A stretch of DNA of 41,246 nucleotides from Cytophagales bacterium. Lineage in GTDB: Bacteria > Bacteroidota > Bacteroidia > Cytophagales > UBA9547. The notes under the pieces were generated by a model. It made no database searches and had not been told where the DNA came from. It saw only the letters and a list, made by a program, of their open reading frames with translations. Shown piece by piece: positions 38,119-41,246 of this stretch; the first letter of the stretch is position 1; the number at the start of each line of letters is the position of its first letter. The position numbers and the translations under genes were made by a program. The DNA lies in assembly GCA_025360395.1 (NCBI GenBank), contig JANYCH010000226.1, positions 1 through 41,246 of the forward strand, read 5' to 3'.

Positions 38119-39132
38119 TCAACTTTTCATTATCTCAGTCGTGTTCCTAATTAAATCTTCCACCATTGGCGAGAAGTTTCTATACTGTTTCTGTTGAGCT
38201 TTAATAATATGATATGATTTCTTGGATATCTCGTCTGATGAGGTATTTGTTATAATAATTATTCTGCAAAGTTGCTCAACACAATCTCTTACAATATTTT
38301 TATTCTCAGTTCCTTTTAATACCCTCTCAAGGATTTCAAAAGCCTTATCATTTTCACCAGTCTCTGCATATAACTCTGCCAATTGTCTGTTGTAGATGTC
38401 CGTTAGGAAATCTTTATCATTTTTCTTGAGTGTCAATTTAAGTGCTTCAATCTCTAAAGCCTTGTCGGCAACATATTTTGTGTATGTCCTATATAAACCT
38501 AGCTCTTCGTAAGTCCAAGCTCTTTCCTGTTTTATCCATTCAGGTAATTTCGTTAGAAATAATTCCCTTTCATTTGTCGAATAAAGAAAATACAGTTCAT
38601 CCAGAATTGGGAATTTGTAACTTCTGAAATAGGATTTTTTATTTTCTTTCCAAGTGTCTATGTCTGCTTGCGAATAATTACAATTTCCTACTGTCTCTCC
38701 AAGATATCTTAACAATTCAGTTTTTATTGGATTGTCTACTGTTTTTAAATATTGGTAGGTTTCTTTAATGCCTGCCGAAACTAGGTATTCTTCATCAAAT
38801 CCAATTCCGCTGTCAAAATCTATATTTTTAGTTTCAAAAAACAGCCAAATGATTTCAGGTGAATTGAAAAGTGTCAGAATGAAGGCACAGAAGTATAAAT
38901 TATCAACTTCACCGTCTTTCGCATATTTTCTCCATTCCTTCTCTTCTGTAAACAGGAATCTGACTATTTCATAGTCCTTCTGTTTAAGGTCATTGTAAAT
39001 TGCAATATTTAGTCTTAAACGGTCAAAGTGTTTTGAATTTATTGCTTCTTTATCAAAGCGATAATTGTCCAAGAGTTTTAAGTTCTCCCGGACTAAGTCA
39101 AGTTCTGTTTTATATTTTTCTGTTAATGTCAA
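38119..39132 (-). CDS. Hypothetical protein, 337 aa (predicted all-alpha; no recognisable family)
   Basis: Long uninterrupted ORF in AT-rich DNA. The only possible initiator is the TTG at 39130-39132: an in-frame TAA lies 5 codons upstream, and there is no early in-frame Met downstream of it. Confidence 0.65.
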   Translation of the reverse strand: MTLTEKYKTELDLVRENLKLLDNYRFDKEAINSKHFDRLRLNIAIYNDLKQKDYEIVRFLFTEEKEWRKYAKDGEVDNLYFCAFILTLFNSPEIIWLFFETKNIDFDSGIGFDEEYLVSAGIKETYQYLKTVDNPIKTELLRYLGETVGNCNYSQADIDTWKENKKSYFRSYKFPILDELYFLYSTNERELFLTKLPEWIKQERAWTYEELGLYRTYTKYVADKALEIEALKLTLKKNDKDFLTDIYNRQLAELYAETGENDKAFEILERVLKGTENKNIVRDCVEQLCRIIIITNTSSDEISKKSYHIIKAQQKQYRNFSPMVEDLIRNTTEIMKS

Positions 39133-39209
39133 GGTGTCTTGGTATTATTTCACGGTTTGGGGCTTGCGTTCGCGGCGGGAAATCGAATCACAAAAGCCGA
39201 TTTTATTAC

Positions 39210-39217
39210 CAAAATTA
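39210..39217 (-). promoter_or_regulatory. Possible -7 motif TAatTTTG upstream of the 337-aa ORF
   Basis: The plus strand reads caaaatta. It lies 78 nt upstream of the TTG start at 39132. Confidence 0.3.
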
Positions 39218-39661
39218 ATTGAAAAACTGCCGTTGAAATTTTAACATCATCCCACCTTATGCAAACCCTTGTTGTGTGCTGCTTTCATACTGACCTACCC
39301 CAAATAATACTGAAGCTATAAACCGGTACCCTTCCATCTTCAACACAAAATCTTAAACTCTCAATTATAACACTCTCGTATTTATCTTATTTTAACAAAT
39401 GTTTCCACAATATAGTGGAAGTAAAACTGTGGATAAATACAGGAAATTCCGTTCGTAAAAATAAAGGTTTCCCTTAAGATTGTCCGCATAAATGTTGATG
39501 GTGACCTGCTTTTAGGCAGCGAGGAACACAACAACAGCGAAGGGCCTCTGTTCTCTTTTGAAGTTACTTCCACAATAAAACCTCTTTAAAATGTATTTAT
39601 CACCAATCACTTAAATCAAACCTTCCTTCAGTTTCCCGTCAGCAAATCCCCCAACATGAAA

Positions 39662-39698
39662 CAAAAAAGCCCCGACCTTTGCAGATTGGGGCTTTTTG
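39662..39698 (-). terminator. Intrinsic terminator downstream of groEL
   Basis: aaaaagcccc (39664-39673) pairs with ggggcttttt (39688-39697). On the minus strand the stem is followed by a T-run. It starts ~23 nt after the groEL stop. Confidence 0.8.
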
Positions 39699-39720
39699 AT
39701 ATTTAGTAAAGAAATCCGGC

Positions 39721-41246
<1,526 letters not shown>

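Noticed and set aside
37463-39540. Recurring short motif resembling GCTGTTGT(T)TG (38090 plus strand, 39270 plus strand, 39520 on the opposite strand), GCAAGCC-like patches upstream of the two hypothetical ORFs, and a gttagg/gctaac pair at ~37515-37545 reminiscent of integron attC core sites.
   Set aside because: The matches are only 8-11 nt, imperfect and inconsistently positioned. The gttag/ctaac arms are 5 bp and adjacent rather than bracketing a cassette, and no integrase is present. This is too weak to call a repeat family or attC sites without statistics.
39382-39573. 63-aa minus-strand ORF in the large gap next to groEL.
   Set aside because: Its composition is Ser/Leu/Pro/Cys-rich, it has no promoter or coupling context, and it spans the inverted-repeat region. 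It is most likely a chance ORF.

Overview
This is a 41.2-kb chromosomal window from a low-GC member of the Bacteroidota. Three things point to that phylum: TAnnTTTG-type promoter motifs placed upstream of many genes, a T9SS C-terminal sorting domain, and an str/S10 cluster with no tuf between fusA and rpsJ.

Bases 1-10026 (minus strand) hold the contiguous ribosomal supercluster rpsL-rpsG-fusA-rpsJ / rplC-rplD-rplW-rplB-rpsS-rplV-rpsC-rplP-rpmC-rpsQ-rplN-rplX-rplE-rpsN-rpsH. The rest is mostly housekeeping (hisIE, lysC, gatB, sdhCAB, groEL) interleaved with accessory genes:
- a 1138-aa secreted RCC1 / LamG / 2xPPC / T9SS protein
- an orphan cytoplasmic PAS histidine kinase
- an isolated gp25/TssE-like plus TssF/gp6-like baseplate-wedge gene pair, followed by a 523-aa secreted protein of unknown function
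- a tandem SRPBCC protein paired with a GlxA-type regulator
- a CBM-GH5 glycosidase
- a flavoprotein monooxygenase with an N-terminal DnaJ-type zinc finger
- an AraC / O-methyltransferase / secreted DJ-1 cluster
- an AT-rich two-gene island of unknown function, bordered by a 588-bp ORF-free gap next to groEL

I found no tRNA or rRNA genes, CRISPR arrays, transposases or integrases. All family calls come from motif recognition by eye and from synteny; no database search was possible. The most unusual locus is the orphan baseplate-wedge pair at 20.4-22.6 kb. The unexplained island at 37.5-39.7 kb comes second.
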